Positions 11,972 through 25,100 are shown, numbered from the stretch's first letter. The stretch: 49,660 bases of DNA from Reclinomonas americana ATCC 50394 (GCA_048213135.1 PS015079.1:2781-52440), one strand, 5' to 3'. Notes: a model not told the origin generated them from the sequence alone. Numbers and translations: made by a program.

Positions 11972-12091
11972 ATGCGAGTTGTCCCACAGACGAAGACGAT
12001 CTTGCTTCTTTTGCGTTGAAGGAAAAGAGAGAAAGCGCGTTGTGTGCTATCGCGCGCGAGTGAGTGAGAGTGCAAGCCGTCTCACGACATC

Positions 12092-15000
12092 ATGGTGTGT
12101 GGGGTGTGCATCAGTCGCACTCAATGTGTCACTTGTCTCTCTGTGTCTGTCTCTCTCTCTCTCCACAGGCGTGCGTGTGTGTATGTGAGTGAGAGGCAGG
12201 CATTGCCTGCGACTGCTCGTGTGTCTCTCTTTCTGTGTGCTGTGACGAAAACAGACATGAGCTCGCATTGCACTCACTCATCTCCCGCGCTTGCTTGTCT
12301 CTCTCTCTCTTTCTCTCTCTCTCTTTCTCTTTGCATGTGTGCGCAGAGTGCCGCAACAGGATCCGGAGTGCATGGAGGCTCAGCAATCAGCGATGAGGAC
12401 CCGGTCAGTCACACAATGGATTCGCATCACTCTCTCTCTCATTCTCATTCACTCATCCCTCGCACACCCCAGCCCGAGGAGGTGTACTTTGAGTTCAACA
12501 TTGAGCACGAGTTCAACTCGTTCTCCAACACGTGGTACTACAATGTGAAGACCAAGGTCAGTCGCTGTCTGCGCAGGAAGTAGTTGTCAGTCGCTCACAC
12601 ACACAGGTGTGGTGCGCAGACCAACTCGGATGCGTTTGGCATTCTGAAGGAGTTCACTGTGTTCCGCCGCTTCAGCGACTTTCGTTGGCGTGCGTTGCAG
12701 ACTTGTCGTCTTTGTTTGTCAAGAGCGCCGTGTCTGACGAGTGTTGTGACACAGTGTACGACACGCTGGTCGAGCTGCACGTGCACATCATTGTGCCGCC
12801 GCTGCCGGACTCGGATATCTTTGGTGTGTGTGTGTCTGCTCTCTTATGTGTTCACCCGCTCAGCACTCATCCGTGCCCGCTCTGCCCGACAGAACAACTG
12901 AGTGTGCGCGACTTTGATTCGTACCGCACTCGTGCGCTGCAGCTGTTCCTCTCCAAGGTCGCCGCCATTCCCGAACTGTGTCGCTCCAAGTACTTTTTGA
13001 AGTTCCTCAGCGCCTGGGACAAGGTGCGTCGATCGCCTTGACTTGTACAGATGCAATCGCTCATTCGCTCTCGTACGTGCGCAGGAATACGAGGACATTT
13101 GTGCACTGTCGGTGGAGGAAGTCAAGGTGTACCGCAAGTCGCTGAAGGACTCCATCATGAGCTCGCTGCGCAACTTTTTCCGTCGCAAGTCCAAGGAGGA
13201 GAAGGAGCTCGCGGCCTCGAATGTTGCGAGATGCAAAGTGTGGTGGGAATGTTGCCTGCCGCGCTCACACTCTTCACTGCAGGCTGCGTTCCGTGACAAC
13301 CTGCTCAAGCTGCAGTCGGCTTACTCACGATCGGTCGATGCGGCTCGCGAGTACACGCACACGCGCAAGGGTGAGTGCCGACTGTGATTGAGGTGATTTT
13401 TTTGGTGAGAGATCCTCATCGTTGTCGACAACGCACAGCTCTGGGGCAGACCGTTACTCAGATCGGCGAGCACTTTTCAGGAGTTGCGCTCTCTGCTTCT
13501 ATTGGTGCTGTTTCATTCATGAAAGCTGACTGGGTGAGTGTTGACAGCTGGCCAACCGCGAAATGGCTGGCATTCGTTTCGCACCACCGTCCACGAACGA
13601 GGGCAACGGCCGTATCGCTCTGGCCATGCGCGACCTGGCAATCATGTGCACCACGTGGGGTGACCGCGAGATGAACATGGTGCGCTGCTGCGTGTCGTCG
13701 AGTGGGAGTATCCGACCCGCGTCCTCACACCTTGTCGCAGGCCTTTGAGGAGGAGACTCTGCTGGACTACATGGACTTTGCGTCGCGCAGTGCCAAGGCG
13801 GCAGCGGTGTGTGCCATGCTGCATTTGCATCCACGACCGTGGGATACTCACGTTGAAGGGCGCGCACAGTTGTATCTGAAGCGCGCGGAGGAGATGCAGA
13901 TCGAAGTGGACCTCGACAGCCGTCGGCTGCAAGAAAAGAACGTCAAGCGCGATGGCTTGGCGACGGCGGCCGCACCCGGCAGCAAGACTGTCACCCGGCT
14001 GGATGCCGACATCAACAAGGTCTATTACTGCCATCTCTTCTGTATTACAAGCGCAGGTGACTTACGTGTGGGCACCGTAGCTGGCGAACCAAGTAAACAC
14101 GGCGCGTGAGCGAGTGGACCAGGTGCGCACCAGCATTGCGCCGGAGCTTGACAGATTCGAGAAGATGCGCGTGGCCGACATTACCTCGGCGTTGGCCTCG
14201 TTCGTGGAAGCTAATGTGCATCACGAACGCGAGGTCAGTCGGCGCTGCTTGTGCATCCTCTCCTTTCCCGATCGTAGCTGACGAGGGAGCCTTCATAGAT
14301 GGCGCACTACTGGGAGTCGGTCATGTCCTCCAACTGTTCGTTGTTGTTGTTGTTGTTATCGACAGCGCGTTTCTCTTTTCTCTCCCGTCTGATTCACATG
14401 TGGTGCGCCCAGTGTTGTGGTCGGACGAGAGTCCAGTCGACGATTTGTTGCGACGAGTGGCGGCCTGTCGATTGGCGGACGAGGCCACGGCCGCCGTGGC
14501 CCAAGTACAGCGTCTGTGTGACAGGAGTTGCGCTCTGCCACATGAGTTAGGGAAGGGTGATTCACCTGCCGATTCTCACACTCTGTTCGCGTTTTTGTAT
14601 CAGAGGGCGCACCGCAAGTGCTGCTGCGACGCGGTGCACTGTACTGCATGCTGGAGACATGCTCCAAGTTCCCCGACACCGTCAATCTGCTCATCATTGC
14701 TTTCGACGTGATTCGGCAGCTGCCGTTCACCGGCGATGGTGCGTGCGTCGCAGTTCTCACTGCCGCTCGCTCTGCGTTGAGTCTCACTCTGTTCGTTTGT
14801 TGCGCAGGCGAACCGGAGCAACAGGGAGTCAAGGAGAACTGTGTGCGATTCATTGTCGACCGCATGCGCCGCTTCACACAAGCTGCCGAAATGTTCCGCC
14901 ACACACAAGAGGACGGTGTGCGATCAGTCAATGCCGACCTGCTGCGAAGCGCGAATGCCGCACTCGCCAGTCTGGCCGTCCGCAACAGTGCGTGTCGCTT

Positions 15001-17004
15001 GTGTCTGCTTGTGCCCATGCCGGATGCAATCTCACCTTGATGCGCAGCACCGATCGCGATCCGCTTGGCACAACGCGATAACGGACTCGACGCAATCGCC
15101 AACTCGTTCCGCGTGTTCCCCGACGACTACGAAATCCTCACTTCAGCATTTGCGGTGCTCGGCATTGCGGCGTTGAATGGAGGTGCGCTTTTCACCATGG
15201 CTTCTTTACTTCTTCCGCCTCTTACGGATCTGTGCTCAGGTCGATTCCCCACCGACATTGAGAATGCCATCCTGCTGGCGCTCGTCGAGGGCGTGCGTGG
15301 CTACCCCGAGTTGTCAATGCTGCATGTGAACGCCTTTGGAGCCATGATTGCACTGGCCAATGCCACGAGTTGCGTCGTAGTCGCTGGCAAAGCTTCGTTG
15401 CTCGCTGGCTTACTGTGCGCTGTACATGCAGATCGCAACACCGACATGCTGTTGCAGCACGGTGTTGTGGAGCTGATCGAGGAGAGCATGACACGACACT
15501 CAAGTAACGTGTCACTGCTCATCAATGCATTTGACCTGCTCAACTTCTTGGTGCCGCGTCAAAGTGAGTCTCCCTCCCCGGTCGTCGCACTCCCACTCGA
15601 CGGTTTTTCTGATGACGCTTGTTGCTATTTGTGTGTGCAGTCAAGGTGGTCATGGTGCCGCTGGATGGCGAGCGCATTGTGTCAACTGTGGTCGAGGTGC
15701 TGACACGGATTCAGAACTATCTCAAGCTGCACGTGGTCGGCGCCAAGCTGCTCTCACGGCTGGCCAACCTCGACGGTTTGTGCGAGATGTGCGTTCATTG
15801 CTGTCGCCGCTCTGCCTCACACAGTGCGCGTGTCGTGATGCTCACGCAGCGACGACGCTGGCCAGCATGATGACCAAGGACTGCATCGAGGTGCTGGCCA
15901 AGGGCGTCCGCCGATACCGCGACTATCCCGGGTACCATGTGCATGCCTTCCGTGTGCTCCGGTCCGTGCTCTCCGAGGACAGTTGAGTCCGCCAGATTTG
16001 CTATATGCTTGCTTCCAGGTTTGCTGTGTGACTGACCCTCTGCTTCGCGCAGCCTTCCGCATGCTGTACGCCGAAAAGATCCATGCAAATGTGCTCGATG
16101 TGCTCAAGCGATTCCACACGCACGGCGCCATGGTGGAGGCCGGCGAAGCATTCATGCAAGAATACCAGCGTCTCGCCGCAGCCGCTGGACTGGAGCTTTC
16201 CGACAGGCACTCGACAGTGGTGTGTGAACGTGCTGGCAGGGGAAGGAGAGGTTGTTGCTGACTTGGCACGTTTGTCGCAGACGCACACCCTCCGGCTGTC
16301 GCCATTCCAGGACGCCGACGGCGCCAGTGGATCCGGCGTGCACGTGCGTCGCAGTCCTCAGGAATTGCACGAGAGACGTTGTGTTTCTGATGAATTATTT
16401 TTGACTCACAGGCCGCCGCCGTTGCCGCTGCCGGTGAAGGACGCGTGTCCACCGATGGCAGTGTGAGTTCAGGCTTGTCGGCCATGCATGTCCTGGCGCA
16501 GCCGCCGGTGGCCGTCATGGTGCCCACCATGGTGAGTCAGCCGGCACCGACAATGCAGGTGAGTTGTTCGTGTGCTTGTGAAGTGTCACAGTTCATTGTC
16601 TCACTGCGCGTGCCACACGCAGCCGGGCTCGCCGATTGAGATCCAGCTGCCACCGGTGAGTCACTCCGCTCCCTCTCGTGTGCACAGATGAGTTCATCCG
16701 CTCACAACTCACGAACGTTGCAGCCGCGAGCTCCAGTGGCCGCCCGTGTGCCAGTCAGCATGCCAGACCCCTTCAGCGTGGCGCCCTCCTCAGGCCCCGT
16801 CTTCGCCGCCGACTTTTCAGACTCCTCCATCGACAGTTGCGTGACACAGTTCCACCCACTCCAATGGACGACGGCCGATCAATCTGACCCCTCTTGTGCA
16901 TAGTCGACGCTCCGTTTGCGCCTGCCCGTTCCGCAGCCCCGTCGAGCGCCTCCAAGAAGAGCTCCTCTATATTCACGCTGCAGGACTCAGACGACGACCA
17001 GTGA
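12092..17004 (+). CDS. Sorting nexin: PX + BAR + armadillo-like helical repeats + Pro-rich/acidic tail
   Basis: PX signature VFRRFSDFRWLYDTL...IVPPLPD...RTRALQLFLSKVAAIPELCRSKYFLKFL; Vps5-type BAR end IAPELDRFEKMRVADITSALASFVEANVHHEREMAHYWE; frame continues through GT-AG introns into ARM-like repeats. The last exon is 16904-17004 (..IFTLQDSDDDQ*). The exact start is uncertain. Confidence 0.82.
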
Positions 17005-17106
17005 GACGACGCTGACTGGCTGAGCGGAACGTCGAGAAGATGATCGGAGAATGAAGTCGTGTCCTCGTTGATGTCCTCAGTCACTCTCTCGACGTCGTAA
17101 TTAACA

Positions 17107-18425
17107 ATGACAGCCGCACAGCTCATCCTCTGTGCGGCCTTCTTCTGCATGTCGACCATTCTCGAGTCATTTGGTCTCGCCTCGCCCTGGGCAGTCTCAA
17201 GAGAACAGACAGTTAAGTCAATGAGCGAGAGATGTGAGTGAGCGCGTTGACTGAGCGCGCACACACACACACGCAGGTCTCTCTGATCAACATCTGTGAG
17301 TCCATCGGCTGTCTCAACTGGATAGAGCAGATGCGTGAACGCACGGGCCTCTGCACTGCGTGGAAAGTGTGGTATCACAGCAACAATCTGTGTTTGGCCC
17401 TGGCGCTCATGGCCACTGTGGTCACCGCCGCCGGCTGTGTCACGTGTGTCATTGCGGCGGCGCACATGTCGCGAGACTTGACGGGATTCCCGCATCCAAA
17501 GTCCAAGTTGAGGAGGGGGAGAGGAAGAGGAAGAGGAAGGGAGGAGGGAGACAGGTGCTGTAGAGGGCCGAAGGGAGAGACGCGACTCAGAGACAGTCAG
17601 TGGTGAAACAGCCAAGAGACAACTGCGCTTCGGAGAGACAAGGGGTGGCAAGGCAGGCAGTCTCTGAGAGCAGAAGGGAGACACAGCTCCGAGACAAGCA
17701 GGGCGGTGAGAAGCAACTGCGATTCGGAGGGCAGAAGGAGAGACGAAGAAGGAGAATAAGTTGCTGCAGAGCAGTCTCTCAGAGACAAGCAGAGCGGTGA
17801 GACAGTTGCGATTCGGAGATGGCAAGACAAGCAGTCACTCGGAGGGTAGCACAACTCAGAAGCAAGCAGTGAGATAACTGTGGCATGGAAGTCAGGAGGA
17901 AAAAACTAGTAACGACACAGCTGGCAGGAGGCAGTTGCGACTCGAGAAGTTGGAAAGATAAAGGCCAGAAGTAGAGGCAAAGATTGACACACAAGTTGTT
18001 GTACTTGAGCAGTCTCAGTCTCTGGGGTAGCAGGGGGAGGCACAACTCACTGACAATCAGGGACCATCACTTGTCCACCAGCGTTGCTGACAGCCGTCTT
18101 TCCCCTCCCTTCCCCACCCCCCCCCCCCCTCCCCCTCTTCATCAGATCCGTGCCCCTGATGCGAGTCTGCAAGATCCTCGGCGCAGTCGGCGGCCTCTTC
18201 CTCCTCGGCACCTTTGTCACCTACTGGGCGGTCTTTGCGCACAGCATCCCCTGCAACAACACCTACCTGCAATTGGTCGGCGGTCTGTCGCAATTCGGCT
18301 ACGGATTCTTCCTCACGTTGGTGTCGTTTGCGTTGACGGCCACGGCCTCTATTGTGCTGCTGGTGACCAAGACCAAGAGACCGCGAGTGCGCGTGGTCAA
18401 GCTCGCCGAGCAGCATGTTGAATGA
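17107..18425 (+). CDS. Four-TM claudin/PMP22/amastin-like membrane protein
   Basis: Three exons (introns about 17212-17276 and 17501-18145): TM1 MTAAQLILCAAFFCMSTILESFGLASPW, Cys-containing loop (SLINIC..C..C), TM2 LCLALALMATVVTAAGCVTCVI, TM3 ILGAVGGLFLLGTFVTYWAVF and TM4 FGYGFFLTLVSFALTATASIVLL. FGYGFFL resembles the claudin-family (Y/F)GWSF motif. Confidence 0.7.
17570..17960. repeat. Degenerate purine-rich tandem repeat inside the 645-nt intron of the claudin-like gene
   Basis: Recurrent units such as gagacaagcag(a/g)gcggtgag(a/c)..a(c/g)tgcgattcggag near 17625, 17691 and 17782, and related gcagtctct(c/g)agag motifs. Confidence 0.75.
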
Positions 18426-18457
18426 AAAGAAATTTCACTTAGTAGTTGTCTTTCGTG

Positions 18458-21400
18458 ATGTTGGAGTGGAAAGGATCTCTTGCGCCCTACTCCTCGACCA
18501 CATGGTCGGACTTGCAAGCCGATCGCACACTCTTTGAAACTGTGCGTCATTCTCTCACACACACACTCTCTTGTCACTCACTCACACACGCACACACACA
18601 GGTGTATCGCGCACTGTTGGAGGCCTACAATGTGGAGCCTGCGCGTGCGCCCACACTAGGCGGGCGCGAAGTCGACTTGTATGTGCTGTGGCGCGAGGTC
18701 AACTCGCGAGGTGGACTGGAGGAGGTGCATTGTGATTGACATGCATTTTTTGGCGCGCTCTCTCTCTCTGACTTCCTCCTCCACACAACAGGTGATCAAT
18801 CGCAAAGTGTGGCAAGAGGTGGCACGTGCCTTCCACCTCCCAAAGACCATCACCTCGGCGTCGTTTGTGTTGCGCCGCACGTATGAGCGCTTCCTGTTGC
18901 CACTGGAGGAGCGCTTTCGGTGGAATCGTGAGCTGGTGCCGACGCAGCAGCCGCTCGACACGGGCACCGGTCGCGGTCGTGGTGGTCGGCGACCAAAGCA
19001 GGTGGCCGGCGACCCACTGACTGGCGGGTCGGCAACTGGAGGCCCGTCGGCTGTGGGCTTTGGCGGTGGAGTGGGAGGTGGCATGTCATTCCGTGACTCG
19101 TTCCGCTCGTTTGGCTTGCCGCCGCCGATTGGAATGGCGCCACCGCCGGCTGCTGGTGGTGGGAGCTCGCGCCCGTTGCGGCTGAGCTCGGTGCGTGCGG
19201 CGCAGGATACGGCATTCGATTATTCGTCGCGGAGAGCGCGGCGGCGCAGTGAGGAGGGTGCGGATGGGATGGAGCGCTCGGGACCGACGGTGGAGACCAT
19301 GCTGAGCCCGGCCGACCCAGCCAAAGTGCCAATGCCGTACTACACCAAGTAAGTGAGATAGAACCGTGAGGTTGTTAATTGTTGGTCCACTCATCATCGC
19401 GTGTCGCGTAGCTACGACGCCATGCAGGCGGCGCTGCCGGCTCCGCAACAGGGCGTCACTGGCGCTCTCCCGCCGACTGAGCGCCCCGCGCAGCCGCCGC
19501 CCGACCCAGGACCATCGGCCCCACCTGAGCTTCGACGCGCCTACCGCTTGTCGTTGCCGGTGGAGAAGCCGGTCGGTACGCCGTCGCCGCCGAGTATCGC
19601 CGACTTGCAGAATCTGTGGGACTTCCAGCACCCGTATCGGTTCCGGCCGGCACGCAAGCTCAACTTGACGCCAGCCGGACTCTCCCAGATGCAAGGTGCG
19701 TTGTTCCCTGCCGCGATCTGCGAGACCAACAGTGGTTCCTGAAGAGAAATTGCTGAGCAGACTACCGACTCTCGTCTGTTCCCCGACCGCAAAACGCCAT
19801 TGCCGCCGTGCGCGCTGCACAGCAGCAACACGAATCCACCCACAGTTGCGGTCGCGATGTTGTGTGTACCCAGCATGGTCGCCTTGCATCTCACGTGGGC
19901 GGCACAGAGACCATCTCGGAGGCGCTTGTTCGACGTGTGCGCTGCTCGCTCGAGTGCGGCATGGCCGAGCAAGTGCGTTGGGGCCTCAAATCGCTGCACT
20001 ACCTGTTGGAGCTCAACGACCCCGCGTTTGTCTTTACCGGTACGGGAGCGTGAGAGCGAGCTTGGTATGTCGCGTCTGCGCATCATGTGCCAATCGCAAA
20101 TCTCTCCCCGCAGTGGCCGAGTCACCGCGTATTCCCACTGCGATTGCCGACGAGGGTCGGGAGCATCTGCGAAAACTCGAGGACGCATTTTTTGGTGGCG
20201 CAGACGATGAGTACGACGACGAAGATGACGAGGATCGCCAGGAGGCAATTGCAGCTCCGGGTGTGAAGCGTGCGCGCGCCGACTCGATTCCATTCGGCCG
20301 GGCGTTTCTCCCCGCCGAGGATGACCTGTACGCCGATGTTGCGTCGCGGCACCCTGTCTCTCCATCTCGCGTATTCGCCGTGCGTGTTGTTCACCTTTGG
20401 TATTGCAGGTGTACAACGGGGTGTCGTACGAGTATCCGCTACCGATTGAGGAGCTGGAGGTGTCACGCGAAGCGCTGACTGTATCGTTGGAGACGCTGTC
20501 GCGGTTGTCGTTCCAAGTGGCCAACGCGCGTGCTTTTGCGACCAATCCGCGTGTGCAACAACTCATTGTGGCTGTCTTGCGTCTGTCCTGCCGCGGCAAC
20601 CGACATGTGCGCGTGGTGGAGGCGCGACACGTGCGACAGGCCTTGCACCTGGTCTGCAATGTCGTGTCGGTGGAAGTGGAGCAACCGCAGCATGATCGTC
20701 AGCGCCGACCATCGTCGAGGCAAGCGAGTCTCTTGTCGACCGACTTTGCAGGCCTGCTGGCACAGGAGCTGTGCCATGTCATTCGCCGCCACTCGAGCCT
20801 GCTGGTGCTGGCCGCCGCCACTTGGGTTGCGTGTTGGGGAATCTGTCGCACTGACTCCTCATTCCCCTCTGCTGATTGTCGATGCTTTCCGCTCACACAG
20901 GCTCTCACTCTGCTTCTTGACAAGCATTGGGATGCACATCAACGTGCCTTGCGCCAAGTGGTGGAAAACAGTGGATGGGCAGTGCAGCCGCGTGTGTTCG
21001 ACTTGCTGGTGGACACTCTTGCGGAAATTCTCACGGTGAGCGCCTTCACTTTACCCTTCCTTGCATCCCGTTTCAACACTCATGCTCGCACTGGGGCAGG
21101 GCGATGGAATACATCCACGTGATCCGGATCACCCGCACCACGAAATCAACCTGGTCGAGTGCGCCGTCTCGTGCGCCAAGTGCATCGAGGCGTTTGTCAG
21201 AATGCGCATGAGCAAGCCACAGCCACCGCCCCCACCACCACCACCGCCGCCCCCACTACCGGCACCGGCATCTGCATCGGCGTCCAGCATGCCGCCATCT
21301 GTGGCCTCGTCGGGACAGCTGTCAGAGATGAGCGAGGACTTGGCCGCGGCAATGCCGCCTCCATCCACGCCAGTACCTGCGGCCTCTTCAGATGACGCCG

Positions 21401-22129
21401 ACATGGCTATGGAGGGCGACTTTGACGCGTCTCAATCGCAGTCGCAGTCGCAGTCGCAGTCGCAACTGTCGCGCTCGTCAACACCAGGACCGCAGGAGAG
21501 TGACTTTGAGTGGGAGATCCCGTGCCAGCCACGTCGCGGCTACCCCACACATGTGCCTTCTGCGGCGGTTACCTGCTGTGTGCAGGCGGCACTGCAGATT
21601 CTGGCCAAGCCACCGTCACTGTCGCTGGTCGACGCCGACAAGAAGCTGATGGCGTGGAAGCAGGAGGCGTGGATTCGTGAGCTGCGTCAAAGTCGACGAG
21701 TGGAGGCGGCCGAGGCCGCTGCCAGTGGCACCGACACCGATGTTCCGGCTGCGACTGCTGCTGCTGCTGCAGCCGCCGCCGCCGACTCGGCCATGTCACC
21801 AATGTCGCCCACTGGCGACGCCATGGCGGCCAACATGACGGAGGAGCTGTACCAGATTCGGTGGGATTTGTATGGTGCATGTGTGGAGATGTTGAATGCG
21901 CTGGCCTGGGACAAGCGTCAACGGTTTGTGTCTGCGGTTAGTTGTCCAGCGGTGGTCTCGCTTTCTCACTCTCGGTTTTCTCTCGAACAGCGACATTCTG
22001 GCGGCACACGAGAGCACGTTGCTGGACGCGCTGCTTCACATTTCCAACAGTGAGGAGCACGCGGCAGCGCTGAAGAACACCTGCCTCGACCTGCTGGCCA
22101 AGGTGGCGGTGCGCGGTCGCTCCGTGTGA
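18458..22129 (+). CDS. ARID (BRIGHT) domain protein, SWI/SNF ARID1/ARID2(Swi1/Rsc9)-like
   Basis: ARID: PTLGGREVDLYVLWREVNSRGGLEE|VINRKVWQEVARAFHLPKTITSASFVLRRTYERFLLPLE. This is followed by AT-hook-like GRGRGGRRPK, then RRVRCSLECGMAEQVRWGLKSL (like the SL.SG...E..WAL..L start of BAF250/ARID2 ARM regions) and helical repeats. Confidence 0.85.
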
Positions 22130-22189
22130 TTGATAATTGCGATTACATGGTCGATTTACATTATCTCGAGTTGTTTGTGGTCAGTCTTG

Positions 22190-25100
22190 TCAGACTGCAC
22201 CTTCGTTTTCTTCCGCCAAGACGACCGCATGTGCGGCGTCGAGCACTCCTGACCGCACTAATGTGCGATACTTGCAGCAGCACGCCAAGCATGCAACGAG
22301 GCGTTTGCGCTGGATTGGCTTCATCAAAAATGCGTTCATGCCGGCCTCTTTGCATTGCTCGCGTGTCTCCACACGGGCATCGGCGGTGAGCCCAGCGATG
22401 AACACTTTTCGTGTGAGTGGATTCTGCGTCGCTGCAGTGAGCACCAACTACAGCATCACACGACAACAAGAGAGATCGCGCTGCGCGTCACCTTGCGTAC
22501 TTCCACCGTGGCCGTGATGCCGTCCATCTCACTCATGTTCTGTCACGCAAAGAAGAGTCAGGTGCAGGAGAGCAGCAGCATTGGCAAGCCGACCAGCACT
22601 TACCAGATCCATGAGCACACAGTCAAAAACCTCCGGCCTCTCGTTCAGCATCTCGACTGCTCGAAGGCCGTTGACACACACCTCCGCCGTGTGGCCCAGT
22701 TGTTGCAGCATGCGAGTGACAACTTTCTGCGACGGTATGCACAACGTGAGTGATATAGAGCAGGCACGCAGCCCGGAAAAAGTAGCGAGCCAGCGCACCG
22801 TGTTCATCGGGTTGTCTTCGACCACCAGAATGTGCAACGGGGCCAAATGCTCGTCGCCTGCAACGTGTTGTAAGTACGACACAGCGTCAACAAAGAGGAG
22901 GAAGGGTGTGATGTGCACCTGCGGCACTCTTGCTGCCTGCGGCGGCCGCCGCCCTGTCGGACCCGGCAGTGTCAGTGGCCGGCGGCGGGCTTGGAGGTGC
23001 CACAATGGTTACGGAGCGAGTCGGTGGTGGTCTCACGTCGGCAACATGCACCGGCGCCGCGGCAGTGGCAGACGGAGACAACTCGGAGATAGCCGAGGCC
23101 GACAAATGGCCCTCCACCAGCAGGCTGGAGGGTGACAGCGGATCGACGGTGGGGGCGAAATGAGCTGCACGGTCCACGGGCGGTATCAACTCTTGCGATC
23201 GGTGGCGAATACCAGAGCTGATATCGGTGCCTGTTGCCAACGATGTCGTGCTGCTGCCGGAGATAGCCGCCGCCACCACCGGCGCAGTCACTGTCAACAA
23301 ATCACCAACGCTGGGTGGTGGCGATCTGGAGTTATCGGCACTGATCGCCGATCGTTGTCGCGACGCGAGAAGTGCGTCGAGTGAGTCCGGCGCCGAGTTC
23401 GCCCGTCGGGTTCTTCGCCGCCGCACTCGATCCGCGCTGAATTCGGTCAGCACCACTGGTTTTGACAGCGGCGTAGCGCTAGCGGCAGCCTCGCCGGCGG
23501 CCGGCGGCACGGTAGCCGAAGGCGCGNNNNNNNNNNNNNNNNNNNNNNNNNNNNNNNNNNNNNNNNNNNNNNNNNNNNNNNNNNNNNNNNNNNNNNNNNN
23601 NNNNNNNNNNNNNNNNNNNNNNNNNNNNNNNNNNNNNNNNNNNNNNNNNNNNNNNNNNNNNNNNNNNNNNNNNNNNNNNNNNNNNNNNNNNNNNNNNNNN
23701 NNNNNNNNNNNNNNNNNNNNNNNNNNNNNNNNNNNNNNNNCTACCGGAGCCAGACGAGCTGTGCGACGGAGACAGCCACTTGGGTGACCGCAGCAAGTTG
23801 CCTGTCGAGGGTTGGCGGAGGTGATGGCGGGCGCGCAGGAACTGCCGGCGTGCCTCCGTAGAGTTCAGTGTCAGTAGATTCAAGTGGCGTCTCCGTGGTG
23901 GCGGTCGCGGACTCAGGCCGACAATGGCGTTGGGAGGTGTCTGGGTGCTGCTCGTGCCCTGCGATCGTGTCGGTCCCGTCTCGGCGGGCTGCGCTCTCAC
24001 GTGCCCAGCGTGGTACTCGGCCACCGGATCCGCGCAATCGTCGACTGCAGAGCTGCCGCCGCTGGCGCTGACGGCGCGCTCCGGAGACAGTGGTTGTACC
24101 ATGTGAACGAATGCCATCAGGTCCTCACTGCGCGGTCGTCGCTGGTAGCGCATGGCGTCGAGAGCGGCCTCCTGTCGCCGTTGCATGGCGTGGTGCAGCT
24201 CGTCGGAGGATACACGACCGTTGCCGTCAAAGTGAGCACGCAGAATGCTGCGCCGTGCCAGTTGCATGGAGGCCTCCTGGTGGAGCGACGCCACGAACCG
24301 CACAGCCGGCAACGAGAACTCTTCTTGCCGCTTGCTGCGTTGTTCTGCTCACATGCCACCCCCGATATACTTTCAGCACCAGCAGACGGGGAGAAGTGTA
24401 CATTCGCAAAACAAACCTTCAATGTACCGCGAGTGCTCCAGACGGCGCTTCACAATGTCGCTGTGTGACAACTGGAAACAGCAAAGGGTTAGAATACGAT
24501 GAAAAATAGACATCAATTGCTGCACACGCGCGCACCTTGTTCTGCAAGTCCAACGGCAGCGAGCCGAGGCGCTGCAGGTCGTGGAACGCAAAAGCATTGG
24601 CTAACGAGTGCAGCACCTGGCACCGTCGAATCGGTGTCAGAATCGAGCTGTTGTACATGCTCTCGATCTCGGATCCGTAGCAAGCAGAACCTGCGTGCCG
24701 GCAAGCAGTAAGCACGAGAGCAGGTCGACACGAAACAAGGCGATGCGCACCCTTGGGAGTCATCAGTACAACAGGCACTTGTACATCGTACTCGATGACC
24801 GCAGAGGCTGCGCGTTCCGACACGAACTGCTGCAGTCGGGAGATCTCGCGCACACAGTTGTTCACACTGGTGTCGATGATGATGGCATCGAAGCCGAGAT
24901 CCGATGTTTCCGAGTCCTGCGTGCATGTCAGTGTGGGAAACAAGTGGTGGAGAATCTGTGGTGTGCAGCAGAAAACACCTGCTGTCCAAACAGTGTTCGC
25001 GTGCCCGACATGATGCCCTCGAGAGCACTCAGCAGATCGTCGCACGAGTGGAATGCATGGCTCGACATGCCCGCACTGAGCGATTGCACAGAAATAAAGG

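Noticed and set aside
16773-17825. 350-aa minus-strand ORF with an acidic stretch
   Set aside because: It overlaps the SNX last exons, the claudin-like exons and an intronic repeat, all better explained on +.
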